Shown in pieces: positions 28,655 through 38,756 of a DNA stretch of 64,000 nt. Positions within the stretch are counted from its first letter, which is position 1. Each line of letters begins with the position of its first letter. A program made the translations under genes and the position numbers. The DNA comes from Candidatus Latescibacterota bacterium (GTDB lineage Bacteria; Latescibacterota; UBA2968; GCA-2709665), in the NCBI GenBank assembly GCA_965222075.1, contig OZ244937.1, positions 4,032,001 to 4,096,000 of the forward strand. The letters are read 5' to 3'. The notes beneath the pieces are model-generated. The model was not told the DNA's origin. It did no database searches and saw only the letters and a program-made list of their open reading frames with translations.

Positions 28655-28857
28655 TGAACCCACCTCCTGGGAAAAAGATGGAAAACCTGCCTGCCGGGTA
28701 CATCACTTAGACGCCTTGAACGCCCGATTGTTCCTCAAAGATTCGACCCCCCAACCCCGGTTCGCACCGGTTCCAGGGCCGTGCTGGGCCGGCTGCTATC
28801 TGCTGCCTGCTCCACATTGCCCCCAACTCCTGTCAACAGACGTTTCATACATCCCCG

Positions 28858-29949
28858 CTAAAATACAATCAGCCCCCGGGCCACCTCACCCTCGGCCAGG
28901 GCGCGGAATGCCTCGTTCGCCTCTTCCAGCGAAAAGCGCCGCGTAATCAGCTCGTCGATCTTCAGCTTGCCGGCCATGTAGAGGTCCACCATCCGGGGAA
29001 AATCCTCCCACGTCCGGGCGCTGCCGTACTTGCACCCGCGCAGCATCCTTTCCTCGTTTTGCAATTTCCAGGTGTCGAATGTCACCGTTGACCCCGTGGG
29101 CGGAAGCCCGATCAGCACGCAGGTCCCCCCAGGCGCCAGGCAGTTCCACGCCTGATTGATCACGCTTGCCTCGCCCACCGCCACAAAAGTATAGTCGGCG
29201 CCTCGCCCTGTCAGATCTTTAATCGCCTCCACCGGGTCCTCTTTCGACGCATCGATCCCGTGCGAAGCGCCCATAGACCGGGCATAGTCCAGCTTGGCCG
29301 GGTTCACATCCACGGCGATAATCGGATGCGCGTCCACCAGCACCCCGCCCTGGACCACATTGAGCCCGATGCCCCCGCTACCGAACACCGCCATACTCGC
29401 CCCGGGCGGCACCGCTGCCGTGTTGATCACCGCGCCCACGCCCGTCATCACCGAACAGCCGATCAGCGCGGCGACCTCTAAGGGCATATCTTTCCGGATC
29501 GGAACCGCGCACGACGCCGGCATCACCGAATAGGACGCATAGGAGGCCACATGCCCATAGTGGTACACCGGCTTGCCGCCCAGCGACATCCGTGTCGCAC
29601 CGTCCATCAGCGTGCCCAGGCTTGGCACCCCGCGCTCGCACAGCTGCGACCGTCCCGTCACGCAGTAGTGGCAGCGCCCGCAGGAAGGCGCCCAGGAAAG
29701 AATCACGTGGTCGCCCACTTCCACATGGCGGACTCCCGGCCCCACCTCCTCCACCACCCCCGCTCCCTCGTCTCCCAGCACGATCGGCATGGGATACCCT
29801 TTCCAGCTCCCGTCCGCCGCGTGCAGACAGCTGTGGCACACCCCGCTGGCGGCCATTCGCACCACCACCTCATCCTCCTTCGGCGGCGCCAGCTCCAGGT
29901 CTTCGGTTTCCAGTGGCTGCCCCTGCTCAAAAAGCACCGACGCCCGCAT
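28858..29949 (-). CDS. Zn-dependent alcohol dehydrogenase (class III-like MDR)
   Basis: GVCHS, GDEGAG, CGRCHYC...C, LIGCSVMTGVGAV, GSGGIG. Confidence 0.93.
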   Translation of the reverse strand: MRASVLFEQGQPLETEDLELAPPKEDEVVVRMAASGVCHSCLHAADGSWKGYPMPIVLGDEGAGVVEEVGPGVRHVEVGDHVILSWAPSCGRCHYCVTGRSQLCERGVPSLGTLMDGATRMSLGGKPVYHYGHVASYASYSVMPASCAVPIRKDMPLEVAALIGCSVMTGVGAVINTAAVPPGASMAVFGSGGIGLNVVQGGVLVDAHPIIAVDVNPAKLDYARSMGASHGIDASKEDPVEAIKDLTGRGADYTFVAVGEASVINQAWNCLAPGGTCVLIGLPPTGSTVTFDTWKLQNEERMLRGCKYGSARTWEDFPRMVDLYMAGKLKIDELITRRFSLEEANEAFRALAEGEVARGLIVF

Positions 29950-30038
29950 GATCAAGCTCCTTTCCCGGTAGAGAAAATCGGTAACAATACGATGCTCTGA
30001 ACCTTGAAATCCTGTTATTTTCCTGGAAGCTCTGAAAT

Positions 30039-30803
30039 CTATATACACCCCGGCACGGACTGCCCCCGCACCAGCATCGCGTCATTCTGCTCGGAAGGCC
30101 CGGTGTACCGGCACTTAGCGCTGACGTAGTGCGTGGCATAGCCCCGCCGCCGCTGGTCCGTCAGATTGGGCTGGCTGCTGTGGAGAATCAACCCATGGTG
30201 AAAGCTGCAGCTGCCTGCCTTCAGCTCCACCGGCCGCTCTTCGGGCAGGCGTCCCTCTAAGGACATCCGCTCGTAGTCCTCCCACTCCGCCTTTTCGAGA
30301 ATTCCGAACTTATGCGTGCCGGGCAGCATCCACAGACACCCGTTCTCGATCGTCGCATCCGTCAGCGCAGCCCAGCAGCTCACCATATCGGGCGGATCGA
30401 TGAAAAAACCCAGCGGCATATCCTGGTGGTAGCGTTGCCGCGAGCCGACCTTCGGCGGCTTCATAAAGAACTGGTCCTGGTAGAGCTTAACGTCCGGCCC
30501 TAAGAGCGACTCAATCGCATCCAGAACCTTCGGATTCCGGGCGTGGGCCTCAAACACCTCATCACAGAAGGCCAAGTGGCTCATCTTCCGCAGGGAATTC
30601 CCGTACGTATCGGCCACAGCCTTCCCTTCGGCCACGTCGGGCTCCACCTGGAGCCGCCTCTTCAAGATGTGTGGCGCCTGTCCGCTGGCCACCCATTCTG
30701 CGTGCTGCAGCACCGTGCTGACTTCCTCCTGGTCGAGCAGGTTCTCTACAACGAGAAACCCCTCCTCCCAGAACTGCGCCACTTGTTCTTCAGACAGCTT
30801 CAC
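30039..30803 (-). CDS. PhyH-like Fe(II)/2-oxoglutarate dioxygenase
   Basis: KPPKVGS..YHQD, WAALTDATIENGCL..LPGTH, LHSS.PN....RR. GTG start with GGAGG RBS. Confidence 0.92.
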   Translation of the reverse strand: MKLSEEQVAQFWEEGFLVVENLLDQEEVSTVLQHAEWVASGQAPHILKRRLQVEPDVAEGKAVADTYGNSLRKMSHLAFCDEVFEAHARNPKVLDAIESLLGPDVKLYQDQFFMKPPKVGSRQRYHQDMPLGFFIDPPDMVSCWAALTDATIENGCLWMLPGTHKFGILEKAEWEDYERMSLEGRLPEERPVELKAGSCSFHHGLILHSSQPNLTDQRRRGYATHYVSAKCRYTGPSEQNDAMLVRGQSVPGCI

Positions 30804-30964
30804 TGAGGCACCCTCCTTTCTGGCAATGTACGGAAAAATCCGCCCATCCGCAGCAGAAAAATGGACGCATCCATCCGCAGCGGACAAAACGCTTGGGGTC
30901 GTGGGAATTACACCCTCGGATACGCCCATCCTGAACTTGAACAAACACTATAAAAACGACGCAC

Positions 30965-30993
30965 TTGACACCCATACTGCAATGCACTATTAT
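30965..30993 (+). promoter_or_regulatory. sigma70-type promoter
   Basis: TTGACA, 17-nt spacer, TATTAT upstream of the 31201 gene. Confidence 0.55.
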
Positions 30994-31200
30994 AGCACCA
31001 GGGCCCAATGGATCAACCGTGACGTACGCACCGGCAAACAAACCCATCGCGTCTCCATCACGGGCAGGCTGTGCAAGAAAACGGCGTAGAACTCGGAACG
31101 CTTCTCTCACTTCACCTTTTACACCCTCCCTCAACACCTTCATCACAGAGGACCCTGTGGAAGGCCATCTCCCCGACCTCTACCAGGGGAGCATATAACG

Positions 31201-32226
31201 ATGGATATTCTGATCATCGGTGGTACACGCTACATGGGCCGGATTGCGGTTCAGAAACTCCTTGAACGGGGAGATCGGGTAACCGTGTTCTCAAGGGGAA
31301 ACACCCGGCCTGAATGGTGGGATCAGGTCGAGCATATCCAGGGAGACCGCCAGGACCGACCGGACTTCAATGCGAAACTCCGGACAAAATCGTTTGACGC
31401 GGTCATCGATACCCAGGTATTCCGAAAAGAAGACGTGGAATCCGCCGAAGAGACCTTCCGGGGCCGCATCGGCCGCTACCTGATGGTCAGCACCGGATCG
31501 GTCTACCTGGACGGCAAGCTGGACTTTGCCACCCACTGCCCCTTTAAGGAATCGGATGTCAGCTGGTCCGCTCTGGACTACACCTATCCTCAAGGCGAGG
31601 ACCCCTATGGTGTGGGCAAACGCCACTGTGAAAAATGGCTTCAGGAAAACAGCAAAATCCCCTACACGGTCGTCCGTATCCCGGCGGTCATGGGCTGGGA
31701 CGATCCCACGGGACGGATGTGGTGGTGGGTACAGCGCGCCCTGGACGGACGCGGGGTGATCATCCCACTGGAGGACCGGGCCCCGTTTCGCACCCTGTAT
31801 TCCGTGGATGCGGCGGCCAACTTCCTGCGCGCCATCGACGCGCCGGCTGCGGCCAACCAGACCTACCACACCGCCATGCAGGAAGTCATGACCATCGAAC
31901 GCTGGGCGCAGCTCATCTGGGAAGCGGCCGGTCATACCTGCACGATCACCCACGTACCAAAGGACGTCATCCGCAAACAGCAAAACCTGAAACCCTACGC
32001 CCCGCCGTTGAGCCGGCCTATCCCGTACATTCACGACCTGTCTAAGGCAGAGCGTGAATTCGGCTTTAAAACCACGCCCGTGGAAGAATGGATTCAAACA
32101 ACCGTGGGCTGGTATCGCGATCAATACCGGGGGGGAAACGCAACAGGGTATGAATATCGAGAAGAGGAAGCGGCGCTTGCGGTAGCGTGGAAAACAGCCT
32201 TCGACACGTTAGTCTCGGCATTTTAA
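31201..32226 (+). CDS. NAD-dependent epimerase/dehydratase family protein
   Basis: ILIIGGTRYMG, STGSVY, YGVGK. Confidence 0.9.
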   Translation: MDILIIGGTRYMGRIAVQKLLERGDRVTVFSRGNTRPEWWDQVEHIQGDRQDRPDFNAKLRTKSFDAVIDTQVFRKEDVESAEETFRGRIGRYLMVSTGSVYLDGKLDFATHCPFKESDVSWSALDYTYPQGEDPYGVGKRHCEKWLQENSKIPYTVVRIPAVMGWDDPTGRMWWWVQRALDGRGVIIPLEDRAPFRTLYSVDAAANFLRAIDAPAAANQTYHTAMQEVMTIERWAQLIWEAAGHTCTITHVPKDVIRKQQNLKPYAPPLSRPIPYIHDLSKAEREFGFKTTPVEEWIQTTVGWYRDQYRGGNATGYEYREEEAALAVAWKTAFDTLVSAF

Positions 32227-32249
32227 TCCCCAGCCAGGGAGACCACCTT

Positions 32250-33005
32250 ATGCCCGACCAGAACGCCGAAGCCCGGCTTGCAGGAAAAATCGTCCTTGTC
32301 ACCGGAGGCGGCCGAGGCATCGGCCGGGCCATCGCCATCGCCTGCGCCCATGAGGGCGCGAACCTCTGCCTGGTTGCCCGGACCCAATCGCAGATCGAAT
32401 CCGTCGCCGGTGAAATCCAGGCCCTCGGTCGGCGGGCCGTCGCCATTCCCGCCGACGTCACCGATGCGGACTCGGTCAACGCCCTGGCCGAACAGGTGCG
32501 CGAGGCCTTCGGCCGCATCGACATCCTGTTCAACAACGCCGGGGGCGGCATCGAGCCCAAACCCATCCTCGAAAGCGACCCCGACCTTTGGGTAAAAGAC
32601 GTCACCGTCAACCTCACCAGCGCTTACCTCGTCACCCGCGCCCTCCTGCCCCTCATCGTAGGCACCGGCGGCGGCAAAATCATCAATATCGGCTCTGGTA
32701 TGGGCCACCGCTCCGGCCCGAAAAGCTCCGCCTACCACGTGGGCAAAGCCGGGCTGTGGATGTTCACCCGCTGCCTGGCCGAAGAAGTGTGGGAACACGG
32801 CATCGACGTCAACGAACTCATCCCCGGACCCGTTGAAACCCACCTCACCCGCGGCCGGATGCGGGCCGGCGGCTCCCCGCCCTTCGCCCCCAGCGAACGC
32901 GTCAAATCCCCCGAAGACGTGGTCCCCCTTGCTGTCTATCTGGCCACCCAGCCCCCCGGCGGCCCCACGGCCCAGTCCTTCAGCCTCACCCGGCGGCCGA
33001 TCTGA
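32250..33005 (+). CDS. SDR oxidoreductase
   Basis: TGGGRGIG, NNAGG, YHVGK, IPGPV. Confidence 0.92.
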   Translation: MPDQNAEARLAGKIVLVTGGGRGIGRAIAIACAHEGANLCLVARTQSQIESVAGEIQALGRRAVAIPADVTDADSVNALAEQVREAFGRIDILFNNAGGGIEPKPILESDPDLWVKDVTVNLTSAYLVTRALLPLIVGTGGGKIINIGSGMGHRSGPKSSAYHVGKAGLWMFTRCLAEEVWEHGIDVNELIPGPVETHLTRGRMRAGGSPPFAPSERVKSPEDVVPLAVYLATQPPGGPTAQSFSLTRRPI

Positions 33006-33031
33006 CCCCGTTCAGAGGCGGACAGACAGCT

Positions 33032-33826
33032 TTACGCCTTCCCCAACACCTCCCGCATCGCCTCCCCTTCCGTCTTGAACCATGCCCGCAGGATACTCAC
33101 ATCCGTTCCCAGACAGAAATGCTTCACCCCCATATCCAGATACCTCTGCGCCTGGTCCGGGCTTCCGATTTCAGCCCGGGGCTGGATGCCCAGCTTCAGC
33201 GACGTCTCGATCACGTATTTCTCTGCCTCCTTCACCTTCGGGTGGTCAAACTCCCCGGGATGTCCGATGCTCATCGAATAGTCGCCCGGACCGAACTGCA
33301 CCATATCCACTCCCTTGACCGACAGGAGCGCCTCTAAGTTCTCCACGGCGGGGGCCTTCTCAATCATCACCATAATCACCGCATCTTCCATCGCCTGCAC
33401 AAAGGCCGGGCTGCCCGCCTCCGCTCCAAAGCCCACATTCCGTCGCGAGCTGGCCCCGTGCCTCCCGCCGGTCCCGGGCGTCTCTGCACGTACGGCTTCA
33501 ACACATTCCCGAACATCTTCCACCGTCCGCACGTCTGCAAACAGCACATTCTGAATGCCCGCCCCGATCGCACGGCCCGCCAGGTGGCTCCTCGGCTCCT
33601 GTTCAACTTTGATCATCGCTGTCAGGTGGTCGAACAGTTCCACAGCCCGGGCGATATGTTCAAACGTGTGGAGGTCGTAGGGCGCATACTCGGACACGTA
33701 TTCCACATAGTCGAACATCCCCGAAGCTCCCACCAGTTCCACGATTGACGGCCAGGGGCTGTGCACGTGGGTACCCAGGCTCGGTTCATCGGCATCCAAC
33801 AGTTCACGAAGTCGATTCTTGCGCAT
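33032..33826 (-). CDS. HpcH/HpaI aldolase family protein
   Basis: FDYVEYVSEYAP, VMIEK, VDMVQFGPGDYSMSIG, GTD. Confidence 0.9.
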   Translation of the reverse strand: MRKNRLRELLDADEPSLGTHVHSPWPSIVELVGASGMFDYVEYVSEYAPYDLHTFEHIARAVELFDHLTAMIKVEQEPRSHLAGRAIGAGIQNVLFADVRTVEDVRECVEAVRAETPGTGGRHGASSRRNVGFGAEAGSPAFVQAMEDAVIMVMIEKAPAVENLEALLSVKGVDMVQFGPGDYSMSIGHPGEFDHPKVKEAEKYVIETSLKLGIQPRAEIGSPDQAQRYLDMGVKHFCLGTDVSILRAWFKTEGEAMREVLGKA

Positions 33827-33860
33827 GCTCTCATCCTCCCGTCGGGCTAAAAATTTGAAT

Positions 33861-34619
33861 TCACTGCCCCGCGGACCCAAACGGCCTCAATGCCCGAATC
33901 TCCAGAATATGGGCGGCAATCTCGTCCGCGGAAACATCCAGCATACGCTCCCCCTTCTCGGCGGTTGCCGGCCGGGGATCGCCCACCCCGCCGTGCTGCG
34001 TGCGCTGGTCGAACCGGTGATAGGAAGCCACGCCTGGCACCCGCATGCCGTCGCGCTCCCCGTCCGCATCCAGCCGGTCGGTGCGCACCAGTTCCGGGCG
34101 TATCGCCAGAATCATCGATGTCTCGGTCTCTCCCGCATGCCCGGAGCCGTCCGAGCCCAGCTCGCGAATCTCGTTCAACCGCTCCGCCCCACCCCAGGCC
34201 CACCGCGAATAAAACTCCGCGCCGCTGTCGCCGAAGCGCTCCATCAGCCGCTGCAGCAGAGCCGAGATATTCGCGCTATTGCCCCCGTGGCTGTTCTGAA
34301 TCAGAATCTTCTTGAAACCGTGCCCTACCATTGAAGCCACGATATCCATCATCATCAGCAGGTGGGTCTCCGACACCGCGCTTACCGTGCCCGGATACCG
34401 GATGTGGTGTTGGGAGTATCCCAGCCACTGCACGGGCAAAACCAGCACATCGTTCGGAAAGCGCTCGTGCACGCGCCGGGCCACCTCTCCTCCGATCAGG
34501 CTATCGGTAAAAACCGGAAGGTGCAGGCTGTGCTGTTCGCAGGACGCCACAGGAATCAACACCACAATATCCCGCGGCAAAGCGTCAATCTCGGGAGATG
34601 TCATCTCGGCCAGAATCAT
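33861..34619 (-). CDS. Creatininase family amidohydrolase
   Basis: SCEQHSLHLPVFTD, GYSQHH..YPGT, NSHGGN, HAGETETS, GGVGDP. Confidence 0.93.
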   Translation of the reverse strand: MILAEMTSPEIDALPRDIVVLIPVASCEQHSLHLPVFTDSLIGGEVARRVHERFPNDVLVLPVQWLGYSQHHIRYPGTVSAVSETHLLMMMDIVASMVGHGFKKILIQNSHGGNSANISALLQRLMERFGDSGAEFYSRWAWGGAERLNEIRELGSDGSGHAGETETSMILAIRPELVRTDRLDADGERDGMRVPGVASYHRFDQRTQHGGVGDPRPATAEKGERMLDVSADEIAAHILEIRALRPFGSAGQ

Positions 34620-34650
34620 AGCAACTACCTTTTGTAAGAATGAAAAAACG

Positions 34651-35310
34651 CTACGGCGGCCCTGCCTTTTCCACATCCGTCAGCTCGAAATCGATCTCCG
34701 GATGCTCCAGCGCAGCCAAATCGCTCTTCGACCGCTTGCGCAGAATCACACCGCTGAAATAGACCCAGTCCAGTTCCGCCAGTTCCCCAAACCGCTCGAT
34801 CGGCTTGTTCCCACGGCAGTAAAAATACAAACGGCTTTCTGCAATCGGACCTTCCGACCTCACCCTGCCGGATGCGATCTCGCACCTGGGCTGTAGCATC
34901 TCCGGCCGTGTTCCCAGCGGAAGGCGTTCGATCCGGCCGTACCAGCTGTGAACGGCCAGTCCCTCGATCTCTTTTAAAAAACCCTTCCACTTTTCCCGGG
35001 CCGGCCTCTCAATCTGTTCCCGCTGCTCTCTGAACCGTTTCCTGGCCTGCTCGGCCACGCCCTTTCGACCCATAGAATCAAAGGTTAGAGTCAAGTTGCC
35101 GGCCTTGCCCAGCTCCCTGTCGGCCGTCCGTTTCGCCTCCCGCAACTCGGCTCGCACAGCCTCCAACCTTAAAAAGAACCCCTCCTGATCGGCCGATGTG
35201 GATTCGGGAAATCGTCCGGGGTCCCTGCTACACGAAATCGCCAGCGCAAGACATCCCAAAATCAACCACGACCGGCTTGCGATCTGCCATTTGCAATTTT
35301 CAACGTGCAA
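34651..35310 (-). CDS. Hypothetical lipoprotein (start uncertain)
   Basis: Lipobox-like LILGCLALAISC; 219-aa ORF between genes on the same strand. Confidence 0.6.
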   Translation of the reverse strand: MHVENCKWQIASRSWLILGCLALAISCSRDPGRFPESTSADQEGFFLRLEAVRAELREAKRTADRELGKAGNLTLTFDSMGRKGVAEQARKRFREQREQIERPAREKWKGFLKEIEGLAVHSWYGRIERLPLGTRPEMLQPRCEIASGRVRSEGPIAESRLYFYCRGNKPIERFGELAELDWVYFSGVILRKRSKSDLAALEHPEIDFELTDVEKAGPP

Positions 35311-35505
35311 TTTTCTACCTCACCCGCCCGCGCCGTTCCCGGCGCAGCATCGCAACCACAACACGCCCCAGCGCGCACCCGATCAGCCCGTATAGCTATG
35401 GATTCAGGCTAAATATATCACAAAGGCCGTGAGCGTCAAGCCTTAACTACCGGACTAACCCCCCGGCCTCCTTCTCTTCAGGGTTGGGACCTTGGGTTGA
35501 GGGGG

Positions 35506-36531
35506 CTACCTGTCGAAAGCCTGTAATACATTCCCCACGCATGTTCCCACCGTCTCAAGATCGTATCCCCCCTCCTGCGCCAGAAGCGTGGGTAGCCCCA
35601 TCTGTCCGAGCCGTTCCCCGATGTGTGTAAACGCCTCTAAAGACAGTCCAAAATCCCCCAGCGGATCTCCCTGATAGGTATCCACCCCCAGCGAAACCAC
35701 GAAGAACGCCGGACCAAACGCGTGGACCGCGTCCAGCGCCCGATCCAGTACCTCCAGGTAGCGCGCCTCGTCCACCCCCGCCTCCTCCAGCGGAAAATTT
35801 CGACTGAACCCCCGGCCGCCTCCCTGGCCCTCCTCATCGGCAAACCCGCTGAAATACGGATATTTCCGGTTGGGATCGGTGTGGATTGACACGAACAGCA
35901 CCTCATTGGAATCGTAAAAGATATCCTGTGTTCCGTTCCCGTGGTGGAAGTCAACATCCAGAATAGCCACCCGCCCCTCCCGGCTCAACTGAGCCGCTGC
36001 AATCGCCGCGTTGTTTAGATAACAGTACCCGCCGTAAACATCCCGCCCCGCGTGGTGCCCCGGGGGCCGGCAGAGCGCATAGGCTGCCCGTTCCCCTTCC
36101 AGAAGCAGTTCTGCCCCAATCAGCGCGCATCCCGCAGATGCCAGTGCGGCCTCATACGTCCCCTCCAGAATCGGCGTCTGCGTCTCAAAACAGTAATATC
36201 CCGCCTGGTAAATGAGCGTGTCCGGCTTCCCCCTCAATGTCCGCATCGCAAACGTATCGGGAATAAGTCCGGCCGCCGATGTTCCTCCTGCATCCACCCA
36301 CGCCGCATAGACATGCTCCAGATAATGCAGATAGCCCGGATCGTGCACTGCCCGGATCGCATCCGGCGCAAACGTCCGGGAAAAAATCACCTCCGTGAAT
36401 CCCCGCGCGTTCAGAGCTTGCAAAACCCGCTCCGCCCGCTCCGGAACCTCCGGGTACGGCACCATCCCGTCTTTTATAAACTGATAAGGCGGAGCGTGTT
36501 GATTGTGCTTTTCCGAATAGATGATTTTCAT
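35506..36531 (-). CDS. Histone-deacetylase family, acetylpolyamine amidohydrolase-like
   Basis: CRPPGHHA, GGYCYLNNAAIAA, DVDFHHGNGTQDIF, QEGGY. Confidence 0.94.
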   Translation of the reverse strand: MKIIYSEKHNQHAPPYQFIKDGMVPYPEVPERAERVLQALNARGFTEVIFSRTFAPDAIRAVHDPGYLHYLEHVYAAWVDAGGTSAAGLIPDTFAMRTLRGKPDTLIYQAGYYCFETQTPILEGTYEAALASAGCALIGAELLLEGERAAYALCRPPGHHAGRDVYGGYCYLNNAAIAAAQLSREGRVAILDVDFHHGNGTQDIFYDSNEVLFVSIHTDPNRKYPYFSGFADEEGQGGGRGFSRNFPLEEAGVDEARYLEVLDRALDAVHAFGPAFFVVSLGVDTYQGDPLGDFGLSLEAFTHIGERLGQMGLPTLLAQEGGYDLETVGTCVGNVLQAFDR

Positions 36532-36599
36532 AGAAAACTTCCCAGATAGCAGATAAAGAAATACCCGTGCGGGGTCGAGCAGTCAGCCGTCCTTCTGCT

Positions 36600-37061
36600 C
36601 TACGATGGTCGGTTTGTGCGCATCACGTCCTGGATGGTCTCGTCGAGACGCTGGAGAAAGCGGGAGCGATCTCGTTTCTCAAAGGGAGCCGGTCCCCCCG
36701 TCATAGTCCCGAGATCGCGGAGATGAGTCAGGAGCTCCCGGTTTGCGAGGGCCTCGCCGATGGAACCCTCGGTGAAAACCCGACCCCGTGGACCCAGCAC
36801 CGGAACACCCTTTTCCAGGCACCGAGAGGCAAGGGGGATGTCTCCGGAGATCACGATATCGCCTCTGGTGACATGCTCGACAATCCAGTCATCGGCCGCG
36901 TCGAGCTGTCCACCCACAACAACCCGTTCGAGCCAGTCCTCATCAGGAACCCGCATCCACGAATTCGACACCAGGATGACCTTGAGCCCGTAGCGTTTTG
37001 CCACACGGTAGACCTCCTGTTTCACCGGGCAGCCATCCGCATCCACGAAGATGTCCAACAC
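36600..37061 (-). CDS. YaiI/YqxD family protein
   Basis: IFVDADGCPVK, DAADDWI, DIPLASRCL, TGGPAPF. Confidence 0.92.
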   Translation of the reverse strand: MLDIFVDADGCPVKQEVYRVAKRYGLKVILVSNSWMRVPDEDWLERVVVGGQLDAADDWIVEHVTRGDIVISGDIPLASRCLEKGVPVLGPRGRVFTEGSIGEALANRELLTHLRDLGTMTGGPAPFEKRDRSRFLQRLDETIQDVMRTNRPS

Positions 37062-37224
37062 CCCTGGACCTTTCGCTGTGATGAGGCGAGTTATTCAGCC
37101 CCATGTCGATCCGAGATACGAAAAGCGCCATCCGGGTAAGGATGGCGTCAACCGTTCATCACGATCTTGAATTCGCCTGCATTTCCCCAGACACAAGTGG
37201 TCCGTAAAAAACACCTTCGGGCGG

Positions 37225-38505
37225 TCAGACAGGGCCAAATTCCCTCTGTCCCCCTTCCACCACCGGCGTCTCCGTACACCGCCTGTACAAATCCTCAAAC
37301 TCCCCCGACCCATCGTCCAGCCGGATCTCCATCCGGACCCCCCGCACAAACCCCGGCAGGTTGCCAAAGTAAAACGCCTCGTGCCGCTGGTGTTCGCCTC
37401 CAAAACACCACCGCAGGCCGTCGGGGTAGACCACCGTGGAAATGCGTCGGAGGGTGGGCTCAGGCGGTTCTACCCGCTGTGCTTCAACCGCCGCCTCGTC
37501 CACCTCAACCCCCAGCCCCGTCCCTTCCGGAACCGGCATCCACCCGGCAATCGGCCTGGGGGGAGACGCGATATCCCGCTGCCGGATGTCGTGTGCCGCC
37601 AGGTGGGAGAGCAGCCCCTGCTTGCAGGTTGACGCTACGTGCGCCACCCAGGCCGCTCGCAGCCCCGTCCCCACCGTCTGAATCCAGAACGGCATCCGGG
37701 CCTCATCGGCCACACCGGCACGCTGACGGATCGTCTCCACATCGTCGCCTCCCAGCACGAACCCGTCGCAGAGCCGCCTTGCAATCTGAACTCCGGCCGG
37801 TGTGCCCTTGTCGAATTCCGGGTCCGACCTCACGTGGCAGCAGCCGCTGCCGTAATGGGCGGCAATCGGCCGGTCGATTTTGCGGCACAGGATCTTGTAG
37901 CCCTCCGCATCCCGCTGTGGAATCGGCGACTCGAACCCGCCCACGCAATCGTACCGGGACAGCTCCCGGAGAATCGGCAGCGCCTGGCGGGCCTCCCGGA
38001 GGTGCCCGTTAAAATCCAACCAGAACGCGAATCCCGGCGGCGCAACCCTGGACACGGCCTCAATCTGTTCTACAATATCCCACCAGGGCCGGGTCTTGAA
38101 CTTGAACGTCCTGTACCCCAGGGAAGCGGCATGCCGGATCTGCTTTACATACACGTCGGGGGGAAGGTCGATGGTCCAGTAGGCAAAGGGCACCCGGCGC
38201 CGGACCTGCCGCCCCATCAGCGCGTGCGCCGGCAGTCCCAGTGCCTTTCCCACCGCATCGTAACAGGCCATCTGCACCCCCCCGTGCGTGATATCCCGCA
38301 ATCCCGCCACTGCGTCCCGGCCGATGAACCCGCCCGCCTCGGTGGGTGCCCCCATCTGATCCCCGTACCCGACCGCTCCGGAAGCCAGGCGAACCCGGTA
38401 GAGTGTGACCGCCTCCAGCGTCTTCTGCGAGAGGTGCATGAACGGCGCCATTTCAGGCAGAAAGGGCATCTTGAGCGGAATCACCTCAATATCGGTAATC
38501 TTCAC
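37225..38505 (-). CDS. Enolase superfamily (mandelate racemase/MLE-like) protein
   Basis: MKITDIE N-terminus, MACYDAVGKALGLP, KFK, LDFN, FESP, PEGTGLGVEVDE. Confidence 0.85.
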   Translation of the reverse strand: MKITDIEVIPLKMPFLPEMAPFMHLSQKTLEAVTLYRVRLASGAVGYGDQMGAPTEAGGFIGRDAVAGLRDITHGGVQMACYDAVGKALGLPAHALMGRQVRRRVPFAYWTIDLPPDVYVKQIRHAASLGYRTFKFKTRPWWDIVEQIEAVSRVAPPGFAFWLDFNGHLREARQALPILRELSRYDCVGGFESPIPQRDAEGYKILCRKIDRPIAAHYGSGCCHVRSDPEFDKGTPAGVQIARRLCDGFVLGGDDVETIRQRAGVADEARMPFWIQTVGTGLRAAWVAHVASTCKQGLLSHLAAHDIRQRDIASPPRPIAGWMPVPEGTGLGVEVDEAAVEAQRVEPPEPTLRRISTVVYPDGLRWCFGGEHQRHEAFYFGNLPGFVRGVRMEIRLDDGSGEFEDLYRRCTETPVVEGGQREFGPV

Positions 38506-38756
38506 AACAAACCTCGCACGCTTAAAGGTGATGCGACCCGAATAAATACCTCATAATTAAGGGAATTGTGCCGATATTTTCAATACGCATCCGGCGCTTT
38601 GCCATACGGAGGTGAACACCCGGTATTTTACGACACATCGGACGGCCGCGCAAGCCTTATTTGGGCACCCGAAAAACACGTGACAAACGCCCTTCGAGTC
38701 AATATCTTTGGGAAATTCACCTTTGATCGACAACAGTCGTCAGAAGGGAGCCAGAG

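Noticed and set aside
30844-30881. Direct repeat CCATCCGCAGC x2, 27 bp apart
   Set aside because: Only two short copies; may be a regulatory site or chance, with no further support.
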